From Anaeramoeba ignava BMAN (taxonomy: Eukaryota > Protista > Anaeramoebae): a DNA stretch of 64,000 nt. Below, in pieces: positions 13,095 to 27,408 of the stretch. The number at the start of each line of letters is the position of its first letter. Positions within the stretch are counted from its first letter, which is position 1. The stretch is from contig JAPDFW010000084.1 of assembly GCA_028826165.1 (NCBI GenBank), forward strand, positions 62,001 through 126,000, in the 5' to 3' direction. Below the pieces are notes generated by a model. That model saw only the letters and a list, made by a program, of their open reading frames with translations. It did no database searches and was not told where the DNA came from. The position numbers and the translations under genes were made by a program.

Positions 13095-14183
13095 ATGAAT
13101 GATTTTGATTCAGATGAAGATGAAAAAGATAATCCAAAAAATCAAACAAAAGAAAACAATGAGGATATTTGGGATTATCTTTCTTGGGGTTTTTCAAAAG
13201 TTTTAAATGGAATTGATTTTGTTGGTGAAAAAATTGCTAATTTTTTAGGTCTTACAGACTCTAAATATCAACATTGGGTTGATCTTTATTTTGATGAACT
13301 TGAAAAACAACGTGAAGAAAGAGCTGAAGAACAAAAATCTTATCTTGATAATATTGACCATTTGGAATCTAAAGGTTTTTTTGATAATGATAATGATGAT
13401 GAAATTAATTCAATTCAAATTGATAATTTATCTTTGTCTCAAAAATCTCAAAAGCCAATTGATAATGATATTTTTTCTATTGAAAAACCTGAAATTATTA
13501 TTGAAAATCAAAATGAAAATGAAAATGAAAATCAAAATGAAAATGAAAATGAAAATGAAAATGAAAATCAAAATGAAAATCAAAATGAAAATGAAAATGA
13601 AAATCAAAATGAAAATGAAAATCAAAATGAAAATGAAAATGAAAATCAAAATGAAAATCAAATTGAAAATGAAAATGAAAATGAAAATGAAAATGAAAAT
13701 GAAAATCAAAATGAAAATGAAAATGAAAATGAAAATGAAAATCAAAATGAAAATCAAAATGAAAATGAAAATGAAAATCAAAATGAAAATCAAAATGAAA
13801 TTGAAAATGAAAATCAAAATGAAAATCAAAATCAAATTGAAAATGAAAATCAAATTGAAAATGAAAATCAAAATCAAAATGAAAATCAAAATCAAAATGA
13901 AAATGAAAATGAAAATGAAAATGAAAATGAAAATCAAAATGAAAATGAAAATCAAAATGAAAATGAAAATCAAAATGAAAATGAAAATGAAAATGAAAAT
14001 GAAAATGAAAATGAAAATGAAAATGAAAATCAAATTGAAAATCAAATTGAAAATGAAAATCAAAATGAAAATGAAAATGAAAATGAAAATGAAAATGAAA
14101 TTGAAAATGAAAATGAAAATGAAAATGAAAATGAAAATCAAAATGAAATTGAAAATGAAAATCAAAATGAAAATCAAAATTAA
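13095..14183 (+). CDS. FAM177-family protein with long EN/QN tail
   Basis: GIDFVGEKIANFLGLTDSKYQHWVDLY matches the FAM177 D-x-x-GE-x-LA-x-x-x-GIT-x-x-KY motif; 13500-14180 is hexamer repeat. Confidence 0.8.
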   Translation: MNDFDSDEDEKDNPKNQTKENNEDIWDYLSWGFSKVLNGIDFVGEKIANFLGLTDSKYQHWVDLYFDELEKQREERAEEQKSYLDNIDHLESKGFFDNDNDDEINSIQIDNLSLSQKSQKPIDNDIFSIEKPEIIIENQNENENENQNENENENENENQNENQNENENENQNENENQNENENENQNENQIENENENENENENENQNENENENENENQNENQNENENENQNENQNEIENENQNENQNQIENENQIENENQNQNENQNQNENENENENENENQNENENQNENENQNENENENENENENENENENQIENQIENENQNENENENENENEIENENENENENENQNEIENENQNENQN

Positions 14184-14369
14184 AATCAAAATTAAAAACA
14201 AAATAATTTAGAAAATGAAAAAATTTGGAAAGAAATTTTTTTTTCAATCTTTTTTGAATTATTTCTTTTGATCAATAAAAAAATAAAAACAAAATGAATT
14301 TACAAAAAAAAAACAAAGGAAAAAATCAAGAATTCTACAAAAACTAAACAAGAAAAAGAAAAAAACGAA

Positions 14370-17026
14370 TTAATTATTTTGCCATTTCCGAAGCATTTCA
14401 CTATTTTCGACTTCCAATAATTGTTTATTTCTAAAATCAAAAACCTTAGCTTCACCAGCATTTGAAGCAGCCAACAAAACACCATCACGAAATTCAACTG
14501 AAAGAAGCCAAGCTTGTTTTTGGAACTCCTTAAAAACTTGAAGAGGAGCAGCGGAGAGTTTTCTTCTATCCCAAACACGAATTGAAGAATCAAAACTACA
14601 AGTGACAAGAATATCTGAATCAAATTGTAAATAACTGACAGTTCCTTGATGACCTTGAACAACATCAACACATCTTTTAGAAGACCTCAGATCCCACACC
14701 CTGCACGTATTATCATAACCTCCGCTGATTATTATATCCCCGTCATACTGCAGTGTTGATACTGGACTTTCATGTCCAACTAGAAGATCAACTTCTTTTT
14801 CAGTTGTCATGTTCCACCATCTTAATGCTGTGTCTCGTGACCCCGTTATTAAACGATCCCCTACATAATCTAATGCCCAAACACTGTCGTTGTGATGGAT
14901 TATTGACCTCGTTTCTTTCGTTTGTTTGTTCCAGATTCGTACATCTGCGTCGTATGACCCACTTAGTATTTTTTCTTCATCAAATTTTATACATGCAATT
15001 GGTGCGTGATGCCCTTCATAGATTTGTGGTTGTAATTGCTGATTCAAATCAGGCTATTAATTTTAATTTTAATTTTAATTTTAATTTTAATTTTAATTTT
15101 GATTTTAATTTTAATTTTAATTTTAATTTTAATTTTAATTTTAATTTTAATTTTCATTTTAATTTTAATTTTAATTTTAATTTTAATGAATTTTTATTAA
15201 TTTTAATTTTAATTTTAATTTTAATTTTAATTTTAATTTTAATTTTAATTTTAATTTTAAATTTCATTTTCATTTTAATATTAATTTTAATTTTAATTTT
15301 AATTTTAATTTTAATTTTTAATTTAATTTTAATTTTAATTTTAATTTTAATTTTAATTTTAATTTTAATTTTAATTTTAATTTTAATTTTAAATTTTAAT
15401 TTTAATTTTAATTTTAATTTTAATTTTAATTTTAATTTTAATTTTCAAAAAATAAATTACATTAATTGAATCATTATTTTTTTTCAAATTTTGTTCTTCC
15501 TGATCATATAATTTTTGAATATCTTTATGTGAAGGAATATTATAAAGATGGATTTGTTGATCTTTTCCACCACTAACTAATTGAGTACCTAATTTATTAA
15601 CATCAATAGTCCAAACAGGACCTGTATGAGGTAATGGAAATGTATATGATTTTCTTTTTTTAGAAATTTCCCAAAGTTTTATAGTTCCATCCCAATTACA
15701 TGTAGCAAATCCATCAATTCCTGTTAATTTTGCACGATTAACACCTGCTTGATATCTTATATTTGCAGTAATATGAAATTTTTGTTTATACCACTTTTAT
15801 TTAAATTTGAATTTGAATTAATATTAATTAATTTTGAATTAAATTTGAATTAAATTTGAATTTGAATTAAATTTGAATTAAATTTATTTGAATTAAATTT
15901 ACTTGAATTAATTTTGAATTTGAATTAAATGAATTGATTTTGAATTAAATGAATTAATTTTAAATTTTGAATTTGAATTAAATTGAATTAAATTTGAATT
16001 TATTTGAATTGAATTTATTTGAATTGAATTTATTTGAATTGAATTTATTTGAATTGAATTTATTTGAATTGAATTTATTTAAATTGAATTTATTTTGAAT
16101 TAAATTTATTTGAATTTATTTAAAATTAATTTTGAATTTGTTTAATTTTGAATTAAATTTAAATTTGAATTAAATGAATTAAATTTGAATTAATTTTGAA
16201 TTTAAATTAAATGAATTAAATTTGAATTAAATGAATTAATTTTGAATTAAATTAAATTTGAATTGAATTTATTTGAATTGAATTTATTTTGAATTTATTT
16301 GAATTTGAATTAAATTTATTTGAATTAAATTTGAATTTGAATTTGAATTAATATTAATTAATTTTGAATTAAATTTGAATTTATTTGAATTGAATTTATT
16401 TGAAATAAATTTATTTGAATTAAATTTATTTGAATTAAATTTATTTGAATTGAATTTATTTGAATTAAATTTATTTGAATTAATTTTGAATTAAATTTAT
16501 TTATTTTGAATTAATTTTGAATTAATTTTGAATTAATTTTGAATTAATTTTGAATTAATTTTGAATTAATTTTGAATTAATTTTGAATTAAATTTGGATT
16601 TATTTTGAATTTATTTGAATTGAATTTATTTGAATTAAATGAATTAAATGAATTTGAAATGAATTAAAGTACTTTTCTTTTCCAATTCTTGCGAAAATAA
16701 TAATATTTTTTCCATGTCATTAATGAAGGTGGAGCTACTAAAACTTTTAATAAATGTGGATTCTCTTGCTGAAATAAACATTTCCATATATAAGGATCAT
16801 TAGAAATTTGATTAAAATATCTTGATACTAAAGACATCTTTAAAAGATTTTCTGCATTAAGATATTGGAAAATATAAACAAAAATTTCTTCTGGAAGTTT
16901 TTCAAAATTCATTTGAATTTGATTTTGATTTTGATTTTGATTTTCTTTTTGACTTTGAATTTGAATTTGAATTTGATTTTGATTAATAAATAAAGGATCT
17001 TGTAAATTATTTTGTGAATTTCCCAT
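14370..17026 (-). CDS. F-box/WD40 protein (FBXW-like)
   Basis: Exons 16673-17026 (FEKLPEEIFVYIFQYL F-box), 15461-15793 and 14370-15053 (GH...WD repeats); both introns are repeat-expanded. Confidence 0.9.
15054..15460. repeat. Intronic (TTTTAA)n
   Basis: Direct reading. Confidence 0.9.
15800..16665. repeat. Intronic TTGAATT-based degenerate repeat
   Basis: Direct reading. Confidence 0.9.
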
Positions 17027-17181
17027 TATAATAATAAAAATAAAAAATAAAAAATGAAAAAATGAAAAATGAAAAATGAAAAATGAAAAATAAAAATAAA
17101 CGTTTTTTTAATTTTTTTCTCCTTTTATTTTTTTTGAATTTTTTTCTCCTTTTATTATTTTTTAATTAATTAAATTTTTAT

Positions 17182-19116
17182 TTAAAAAAAAAAGTGGAAC
17201 AACAAAAATTCAAGGCAAATTAACACAACAAAAACATTGAACTGAGAACTGCGCACGGAAAATGAAGGAGAAGGAGCATTGCAATAAACTTGAGCAGCAA
17301 GGAAGTACTCAAGTTCATAACCATCAGCAGAGCAGCACTGATACTTAGTAGCTTGTTCTCTGCACATATCAAAAGGACAATTTCCTTGTGTAAAGAAATC
17401 GCCCATAAAACAGTTATAAGAAGAAGCGCAAGAGACAAAGTCCATGAACTCTTGCTGGCAAGACATGTTCTGGTAAGGAATACAAGCACCAGGATATGAT
17501 GTATCAACAGAACAAGAACAAATGTATCCATTTGCACAATCCTTGTTATCAAAACAGCCAACTTGCTCTTGACAGGTGTTGTTCACACAAGCAAGTCCAA
17601 TTTCACAAGAATCAGTTGAACCACATGTCTCATTGAATCCAAGAGAATTGGGAAGAACACATTCATCACGAACAAGATCGCAGATGGTAAAGTTAGAACA
17701 AGCATCAACATGCACAATGGATTGAAGATATTTGTCTTTGCAAGACTCACCAATAAAACTTGCGTTTTGGCACACCTCGTCAGTAAAATCACAATAATAT
17801 CCAACATCACAAAATCCCCAATAATCACATGATTCCCAATAACCAGGTGCTCGGCAACGTCCATTCACACAACTCGATGCTTCATAGCATTGCCAATCTT
17901 CTGTGCAAGGATCATTTGGATAACGGAAGGCAGAATCACATTTCCCAGTCTCGTCAGCACAGTTTAAACTTGTGCATCCAGTAGTATCTGTACATTTAGC
18001 TCCGTAATTGCTGCGGATGCACATGTTATTAAAACAGAACAAATTGGTTGCGCAATAAATTCCTGCAGACTCATCGCAAGCGTGGTAAATCTCAGCAGGT
18101 GGAATTGCCTCACACCACTCACAAACATCTCGATTTTCAGGATAGAACTCGTTAGGAAATCCATGTGCAAGACAGCACTCAAGAATATCGATCTGATGCT
18201 GGCATGCCTTATATGCACAGCCTCCTTGATCAAAAATCGATTCATGATGGCAATGCACTTCTTCCACACAAGCAAGCACTTCTGCTACCTCTGTTGTACA
18301 ATTCATGTTGAATAATGGTTGACATTTGCCGGTAATTGTGTCCCTATTTTCCGTTGAACTCCCACAATCACAATAACTCCCCCATCCACAATCGCTATCA
18401 TCTCCACACACAGAATTCTCGTTCGCAGTGCAAATGTTGTTGTTACATGTAGATCCTGCTACACATGCCTCAGGATCACTACAAACTTCTCCAATTTGCT
18501 TGCTCATAGGTTCAACACAAAACATACTTTCTGGATCACTTGAACTGTTAAGATTGCAAACCCCAAAATCCATACAAATAAAGTCTCTCTCTTCAGGTTT
18601 GCTGTTGTTTGTTTGATTCCAACAATTTTCTCCAAGATTGGCAGAAACTTCACACACTCCTGTTGTGTTTGAACAATAATACCCCATTGTACACGATCCT
18701 GGCTCGCTTGTATTGCATGGCTTTAATGCTCCAATTCCGGTACAAGTCATTGTTATTTGAGAACAACTTCCAGATGTGCATTGTTCATCCGTCACACATT
18801 GATCATCTACATACTCAACCTGATTCAAACAAGTCATAGAATATTGCTCACAAAATCCTGTTGAGCAATCGCTATCATTATAGCACGCTTCTCCATAGTT
18901 GGGTTCTTGGCAAATTCCTCCATAACACCCAAGAAATGGATAACATTCTTGTGTTTCATCACAAGCTTCATTTAATTTTCTCCATACTTTTGGATTACAA
19001 TTTGGTTCTGTGTCTTTTGCATTTATCAAAAAAACAATTTCAAAAAAAACAACAAAAACAAATAAAACAAATGTTGAAATGTTTTTCATCAAACCAATGA
19101 TAAAAATAGAAAACAA
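17182..19116 (-). CDS. Secreted/GPI-anchored cysteine-rich surface protein with internal duplication
   Basis: Intronless 644-aa ORF (start may be M at 19089); N-terminal signal peptide, dense C-x(n)-C modules, two homologous halves, hydrophobic C-terminus. Confidence 0.85.
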   Translation of the reverse strand: MFSIFIIGLMKNISTFVLFVFVVFFEIVFLINAKDTEPNCNPKVWRKLNEACDETQECYPFLGCYGGICQEPNYGEACYNDSDCSTGFCEQYSMTCLNQVEYVDDQCVTDEQCTSGSCSQITMTCTGIGALKPCNTSEPGSCTMGYYCSNTTGVCEVSANLGENCWNQTNNSKPEERDFICMDFGVCNLNSSSDPESMFCVEPMSKQIGEVCSDPEACVAGSTCNNNICTANENSVCGDDSDCGWGSYCDCGSSTENRDTITGKCQPLFNMNCTTEVAEVLACVEEVHCHHESIFDQGGCAYKACQHQIDILECCLAHGFPNEFYPENRDVCEWCEAIPPAEIYHACDESAGIYCATNLFCFNNMCIRSNYGAKCTDTTGCTSLNCADETGKCDSAFRYPNDPCTEDWQCYEASSCVNGRCRAPGYWESCDYWGFCDVGYYCDFTDEVCQNASFIGESCKDKYLQSIVHVDACSNFTICDLVRDECVLPNSLGFNETCGSTDSCEIGLACVNNTCQEQVGCFDNKDCANGYICSCSVDTSYPGACIPYQNMSCQQEFMDFVSCASSYNCFMGDFFTQGNCPFDMCREQATKYQCCSADGYELEYFLAAQVYCNAPSPSFSVRSSQFNVFVVLICLEFLLFHFFF

Positions 19117-19193
19117 ACAAATTTTTAATTTGGAAAATGTAAAAATGAATTTTGGAAAATTGAAAAGAAACCAATCTAAATTAAAAAATTTTT

Positions 19194-19224
<31 letters not shown>

Positions 19225-19377
19225 TTTGCTTTTTTAAATCCCCCAATTAATAAAAATTACAAATAAGATCCTTTTTATTTTAATTTTTCTAATTCAAATT
19301 AAAATTCAAAATTAATTTTTTCTCCTTTTCTTTTTTTTTCATTTTTTTTTTCATTTTTTTCATTTTTTTTCATTTTT

Positions 19378-22300
19378 ATGGAAAATTTTCAATTTGAATC
19401 TCATTGGTTAATTCTTTTTCAAGATATTTTTCAAGATAAAAATTTTTCTCTTGATAATTTAACTACTAAACTTCTTATTGAAAAATTTCTTGAAACTTTT
19501 CAAATTAAAGCTTCAGAATCTACTTTAATTCTTATTCTCATTTTTTTTCAAGAACATTTATACCTTTTAGAAGATGAAGAAATACTTACATCTACATGGA
19601 ATCATTTCCATGTTAATTTTTTGAATAAAGAATTTTCTTCCCATGTTCAGGGACAAATTTTAGTTACTCTAACACATATTGTGTTAGAATATAATTTTTT
19701 AAACAAATTTCCTGAAAAATTGAAAAATATTATTATATCTTTATGGGAAATTATTTCTCAAATTAATTCCCAAACAGATTGTACACTTCGAGCAATTGTA
19801 ATTAATTTCATTCAAAAACAAAAGCAAAAGCAAAAGCAAAAATATTTATATATTTATATATTTATATTTATATTTATATTTATATCGATTTTCCTTTTCG
19901 TAAAAACAAAATCAATGTCATTTCAAAAGGCTTGTCAATGTTTGACTGAACTGGAAAGTCATTATCCTTTACTTCTTGTAAATCTTTTTGCAAATATTTT
20001 TGACTATGCATCAAAAGAAAATACATATATTGCGCAATGGTATTTTCTTCTGATGTGCCAAATAATCAATAATGACATTTCCCTCCAAATCTCTCGTCAA
20101 CAATCCTTGAAACACGAAAAGAAAAATGATTTTGATCAAAAAAAACTTCGCAACTTGCAAATAAGCACAAACACATTTGACATTTACACTTTCGAAATGC
20201 CCAAACTCATTTCCGATCCACAAGTTACAATCTTCAAAAATATTATTCGCCAAAAACATCCGACATTGCCTCGCTCTTCAAAAAGACATAAAAACAGAGA
20301 ATTGTCACATTTTATCACAAAAGTGCTTCGTGTTTTGATTGAAAACGCCAGATTTTTTGGATATTCTGCCATTTTTTACATGCTTGAAACTTTAGTCCAA
20401 ACAACACTTTATCAAAAAATTAATGCCAGTTTTTTCATCAATGAATATTATCTTCAATTATTTGTTCTTGATCGACCAGCAATTTGGCATTCTTTTATTT
20501 TACTTCAACTTATTTTCAACCAGAAAAATTTTCCAAACGAAGTTTCAGATCCAAAAAAATCAAGAACAATATTTGTATTTGATACCGAAACACAAGAAAA
20601 GATTCTGAAAAGAACAATAGAAATTATTAATTATAATAAATTGTAAGAAGAATAAAAATAAGGATAAAAACAAATTGAAAGATAAAAAAAAATTCATTTT
20701 CCTTTTATTAATAATAGATCTATTGAGCAAAAACTTATTTGCTTTCAATGGCTTGAAGACCCTCAAATTTGGGGAACTAAATCTCTTCCTCAACTTCTTC
20801 AACCGTTTTTGGATAAATTTCTACCTCATTATTTTGAACCAATTCAAATTCAAATCCATAAGGTTCTTAAATATAACTTGCTATTTGATCACAATTCCAC
20901 TCAATTTTCTCCAAGATCTTCGCATCTCCAAATTTTAATGTGCTTTCAAGATTATGTTTATTATAACAAAGACAGTTTTCTTGCGGAAATTGTGTTCAAA
21001 TTTTTAACCGATTCTTTTTTAAAATTCCCAAGTGTTCGTAAATCGATCCAAAAATATCTTGTTCATCTTCTTTCGATCCAACCCAATTTCATCCAACGCG
21101 CAATTATTTTTTTGGATGAAATTGAATCTTCAGAGAAAAAACAACCCGTAAATCCAGATTCTGAAATTCTTGTTACAGATAAAACGCCAACAGCAACATG
21201 CGGATATAGAATTCTCATTTCGTTCCAAAAATTGATTACAAAAACAATTCCTCCCAAAAAACTCGCCAATTATTTCCCTTTAATATCAAGGATTTTGGAA
21301 AGCAAATCATGCGATCCACAATGCATGCTTGATTCAGTTTTGAAATTCATTCAATCCGATGAGCATTATATTTATTCTTTCCAGCGCAGCAGAGATTACG
21401 GTCGAAACATCATTGATATTTGCAGAAAGGCTATTCTTTTGCATGGATTGCCAAGAATTTTCTCTTCTTTGCAAAAGCTCCTAAAGTTCTGTTCTTTATA
21501 CTACAATGAGATTTCCATTCGCGAATCCGCTCGTTTTTATTATCAACTGATCCACAACTTGTCACAAGAACAACTCCACAATGTTTTGAAAGAGGACAAG
21601 AAGGGAGAATCTGTTTTCAGTCATAATGTTCAACGGGAAGAATTGAAACCCCAAAAACAAATCAATACAACGTTTTTGGAACTGGTTCGCAAATTTGCGG
21701 AATCATCTCAAAACAAACTTTTACAAAATAATTTCCCTGAAAATTTCTTCGAAAATATTTTTCACACAGAAAACGATGTGCTTTCTATTAATTATCCCGA
21801 TTACTACAAATTAATTCACACCTCATCAAGGGAAATTCCGCTTTCAATTCATTTCCATCTTGGATATAAAAAAGACATCAAGGAAAACCAAGAAAATAAC
21901 GAGGTAATTCCCCAAGAATTATTTGGACTGAATCTTCAATTATCAGCTCAAACACAAACCTTTTTATCTGTTGAGCAAGTTGTTGTTCCCTTTCTAAGAA
22001 ATGGATCAAATGAATCTCTTGAAAAACAAGATTCATTTCCGTTTTCTTATAATCTCAAGCTGGGATTTATTCCTTTAATGCCTTTGCCAACAGAATTCGA
22101 TATAAGAGCTATATTTAGTACTCCTCAAGGCGATGTTTTTGTTTGCTCTTTGGATCCTATTCATCTTGATTTGCAAGACTTATTTCTCCCTTGTCCTATT
22201 CCCAGAAAAATAGAAAATAGTGATTTATTTCTTGAAAGTCTGTTTGATTATTTATGGAAAAATGTTGGTTTTTTTTCTCATTTAGAAAACAATAATTCTG

Positions 22301-22641
22301 ATGAAAATGAAAATAAAAATAAAAATGAAAATGAAAACAAAAACCCACTTAAATTCACAAATTATAAATCTGTCAAAGTTCTTCAAATCGAAAAACAACA
22401 TGTTTTGGAGATTTTCCACAAAATTCTTGGTTCTTTTTCTATAAAAAATAATGTTGAAAATCAAGAAAATCATTCAAAAAAAATATCTGATGTTCTTAAA
22501 TCTATCATCTTTTTACCTCCCAAATTCTTTTTAATGTTTAAGTTTTGTGTGGAAAAATCAAGAACTGTTGTAAAAATCAGATCAGATTTTTCTCAAATTT
22601 TCGGTTATATTGATCATTTTTTTAATAATAAATTTAAATAA
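19378..22641 (+). CDS. AP5B1: AP-5 complex beta subunit-like
   Basis: Splicing 19798-19929 gives LRAIACQCLTELESHYPLLL (AP5B1-type motif); IRESARFYYQLI; C-terminal FLPPKFFLMF...KIRSDFSQIFGYIDHFF; second intron about 20643-20718. Confidence 0.7.
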
Positions 22642-22699
22642 AATAATTAAAAAATCATTTTTCATTTTTCATTTTTCATTTTTCATTTTTCTCTTTTCA

Positions 22700-24834
22700 A
22701 TGAATAAATTTCCTGAAACAAATTTTGAAGATATTTATGATAGAAAATATCTATTTTCAAACACAAAATGGGTAGAAATCATTCCAAAAAACCAAGAAAA
22801 AGAGAGTTTACCATCACAAAGAACCGAAACAATTCTCTATGATCATAAACTATGGATATTTGGAGGAGGTAAAACACGTACAAATGTATTTGATCATTTT
22901 TACACATTTGATTTACGAACACATATCACAACAAAAATCGAGCCAAAGCCAGGATTCCAATATCCAGAAGCACGATGGGGACACAAGAAATGTGTTTCCA
23001 ATGATAGAATGTATGTTTTTGGTGGACATGGAAAGAATTCCTATCTCAATGATCTTTGGGAATATAATTTTGAAGCAAACGAATGGAAACAAATAAAAGG
23101 AAATGGAGACATCCCCCCTAACCGTTCAGATCACACAATAGTTTCATACAAAAACAAAGAAGGCAAAACAACCTTTTTTGTTTATGGCGGTTGGGATGGA
23201 GACAATAATACTTTCCACAAAGGCGGTTTTTACACTTTCGATCCTGAAACAAAAGTGTGGAGTAAATTCTACCCTTCAGGATACAATTCGGATTCCTCTC
23301 CTGTTTCTCTTCATACCTGCTGTGTTTATGGAGATTCGCTTTATTTTTACAGCGGAAGATCAGGTGGTTCAAGAGATCTTAAGAAAACCTTCGTTTATTC
23401 TATTCCTGAAAACACTTGGAAAAAATTCGAAATTTATTCCTGGTCTGAAAATGATACTCTATATAAAAACGATCCTATTTATACTGAACTTAAACAAAAA
23501 AAGGAACACGACTTGAGGATTAAACTCAAAGAAATTTCCCATGACAACTTCTCCATGTATCCAAATAGTTCAAGCAGCAGTAGCAGTGAGAGTGAATTCC
23601 AATTTCGTCCTTATTCTCGAAAAATGCGCACTAATAAAAAGGGTCTCAAACCCTTTCGCCCATCTTCGAGAACAGTCTCAACAGCAGTGTTGTTTGACAA
23701 TAAAATGTTTGTTTTCGGAAATTTTTCTGAGGACGACCGCAATCTTTATTATTTGGATTTAGAAACTCATTGTTGGTTTCAGGCGCAAATCAACCAAACT
23801 CACAAAGAACTTCCAAATGGAAGATTTGGTCATGATATGATTATTTATGATAACAAGATCATTGTTTGTTTTGGAATTGGATCAAACTTCTCTGGTCCTT
23901 TTAATAGTATTTATCAGATTGAATTGGAATATCCTTTGGTTTTGGATCTCAAGTTCTTCTTCTATCAATTCAGAAACGATATTTTTGATATTCAATTCAA
24001 CACTTGGGACAATAAGACCATCAGAGCAAACAAAGCTTTTCTTTCAATTCGTTGCAAAGATGTTTCTCTGGAGCAAATTTCTTCCGTTTTTTCTAGTTTT
24101 AGTTATAAAGATGTTGATGATGTCTTGCATTATATCTATACTGGAAGATATCGCCAGACTCGAGAATCAAAAGACGAAATTTTGAAAATGGCAATCAATT
24201 TAAAATTAAATCATCTTGAGAATTTATGCAGATGCAGTTCCCCAATCGGCATCAATGAAAACAGAATACTTCAAGATATGGATCAATTATATTATACGTA
24301 AATTTGTTTATAGAAAAAATTGAGCGAATTTCCCAAATTTTACTTATTTTATTATTATTATTATTATTTAGGAGAGAAAAAAGTTTCGATTTCATTTTAG
24401 ATATTGATGGAAAAGAAATTCTTTTACATAAATTTGTTTTGGCTGCAAGAAGTGAATTATTTCGTGGAATGTTTTTAAGTGTTGAAGATAATTCAAATCG
24501 GGTACAAGATTATTCAGGAAAAAGTTATGAATCAATATGTGCTTTAGTTGAATTTCTTTATCGAGATGAATTTACTGTAAATGAAAAGATTTGTTTTGAT
24601 TTACTTGGTATTAGTGAATTTTTCTTATTGAAAGGAACTAAAATTGAGGAAATTTGTTCACGTTTTATAATTTTTAATAATTTAATCACAATTGAAAATG
24701 TTTTGGAAATTGATGAAAAAGCAAGAATTTATTTTTTGGAAAGATTAAGGAATCACACAAAAAAATTTATTTTAACAAATTTTGAGGAGTTAAAAGAACA
24801 AAATCCCAAAATTAGAAAAGAACATTTTTTATAA
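22700..24834 (+). CDS. Kelch-repeat + tandem BTB protein (LZTR1-like architecture)
   Basis: Kelch blades (RWGH..MYVFGG, RSDH..FVYGG, RFGH); intron 24298-24371; HKFVLAARSELFRGMFLS BTB. Confidence 0.85.
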
Positions 24835-25238
24835 TTCTCTAAAATCAAAAATCTAAAATTAAAATTAAAATCAAAAATAAATTTAAAATTGAAATTAAAA
24901 TCTAAATTGAAATTGAAATTAAAATTAAAATTAAAATTAAAATTAAAATTAAAATTAAAAATAAAAATTAAAATCCAAAATAAATTTAAAATTAAAATTA
25001 AAATCAAAAATAAATTTAAAATTAAAATTAAAATTAAAATTAAAATTAAAATTAAAATTAAAATTAAAATTAAAATTAAAATTAAAATTAAAATTAAAAT
25101 TAAAATTAAAATTAAAATTCAATTTAAAATTAAAATTAAAATTCAAATCAAAATTAAAATTAAATTTAAAAATCGGAAAAAAATTTCATTTTTCATTTTT
25201 CATTTTTCATTTTTTCATTTTTCATTTTTTTTTTATAA

Positions 25239-27130
<1,892 letters not shown>

Positions 27131-27408
27131 TCAATTAATCAAATTTTACTTATTATTCTTTTTCAAAAAAAAAATAACAAAACAATTTTTAGAAGAAAAA
27201 AGTTTTTTTTCCTTTTAAACTTCCTCTTTATTTTCTTTATTACTTTTAATCTAATTATCACTCTTTTAAAAATGAACTTTTATATTAAAAAATTTTTAAT
27301 TTTAATTTTAAATTTTAATTTAAGATTCAAAATTATTTATTTCAAAGAATCTCAAAAAAAAAAAAATAACAAAAGAAGAGAAAAAAGAAAAGAAAAAATC
27401 AAATTAAA

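Noticed and set aside
1000-15469. Many MKIK/ILIL/DFHF ORFs in the track
   Set aside because: Alternate frames or strands of stop-free hexamer repeats; not genes.
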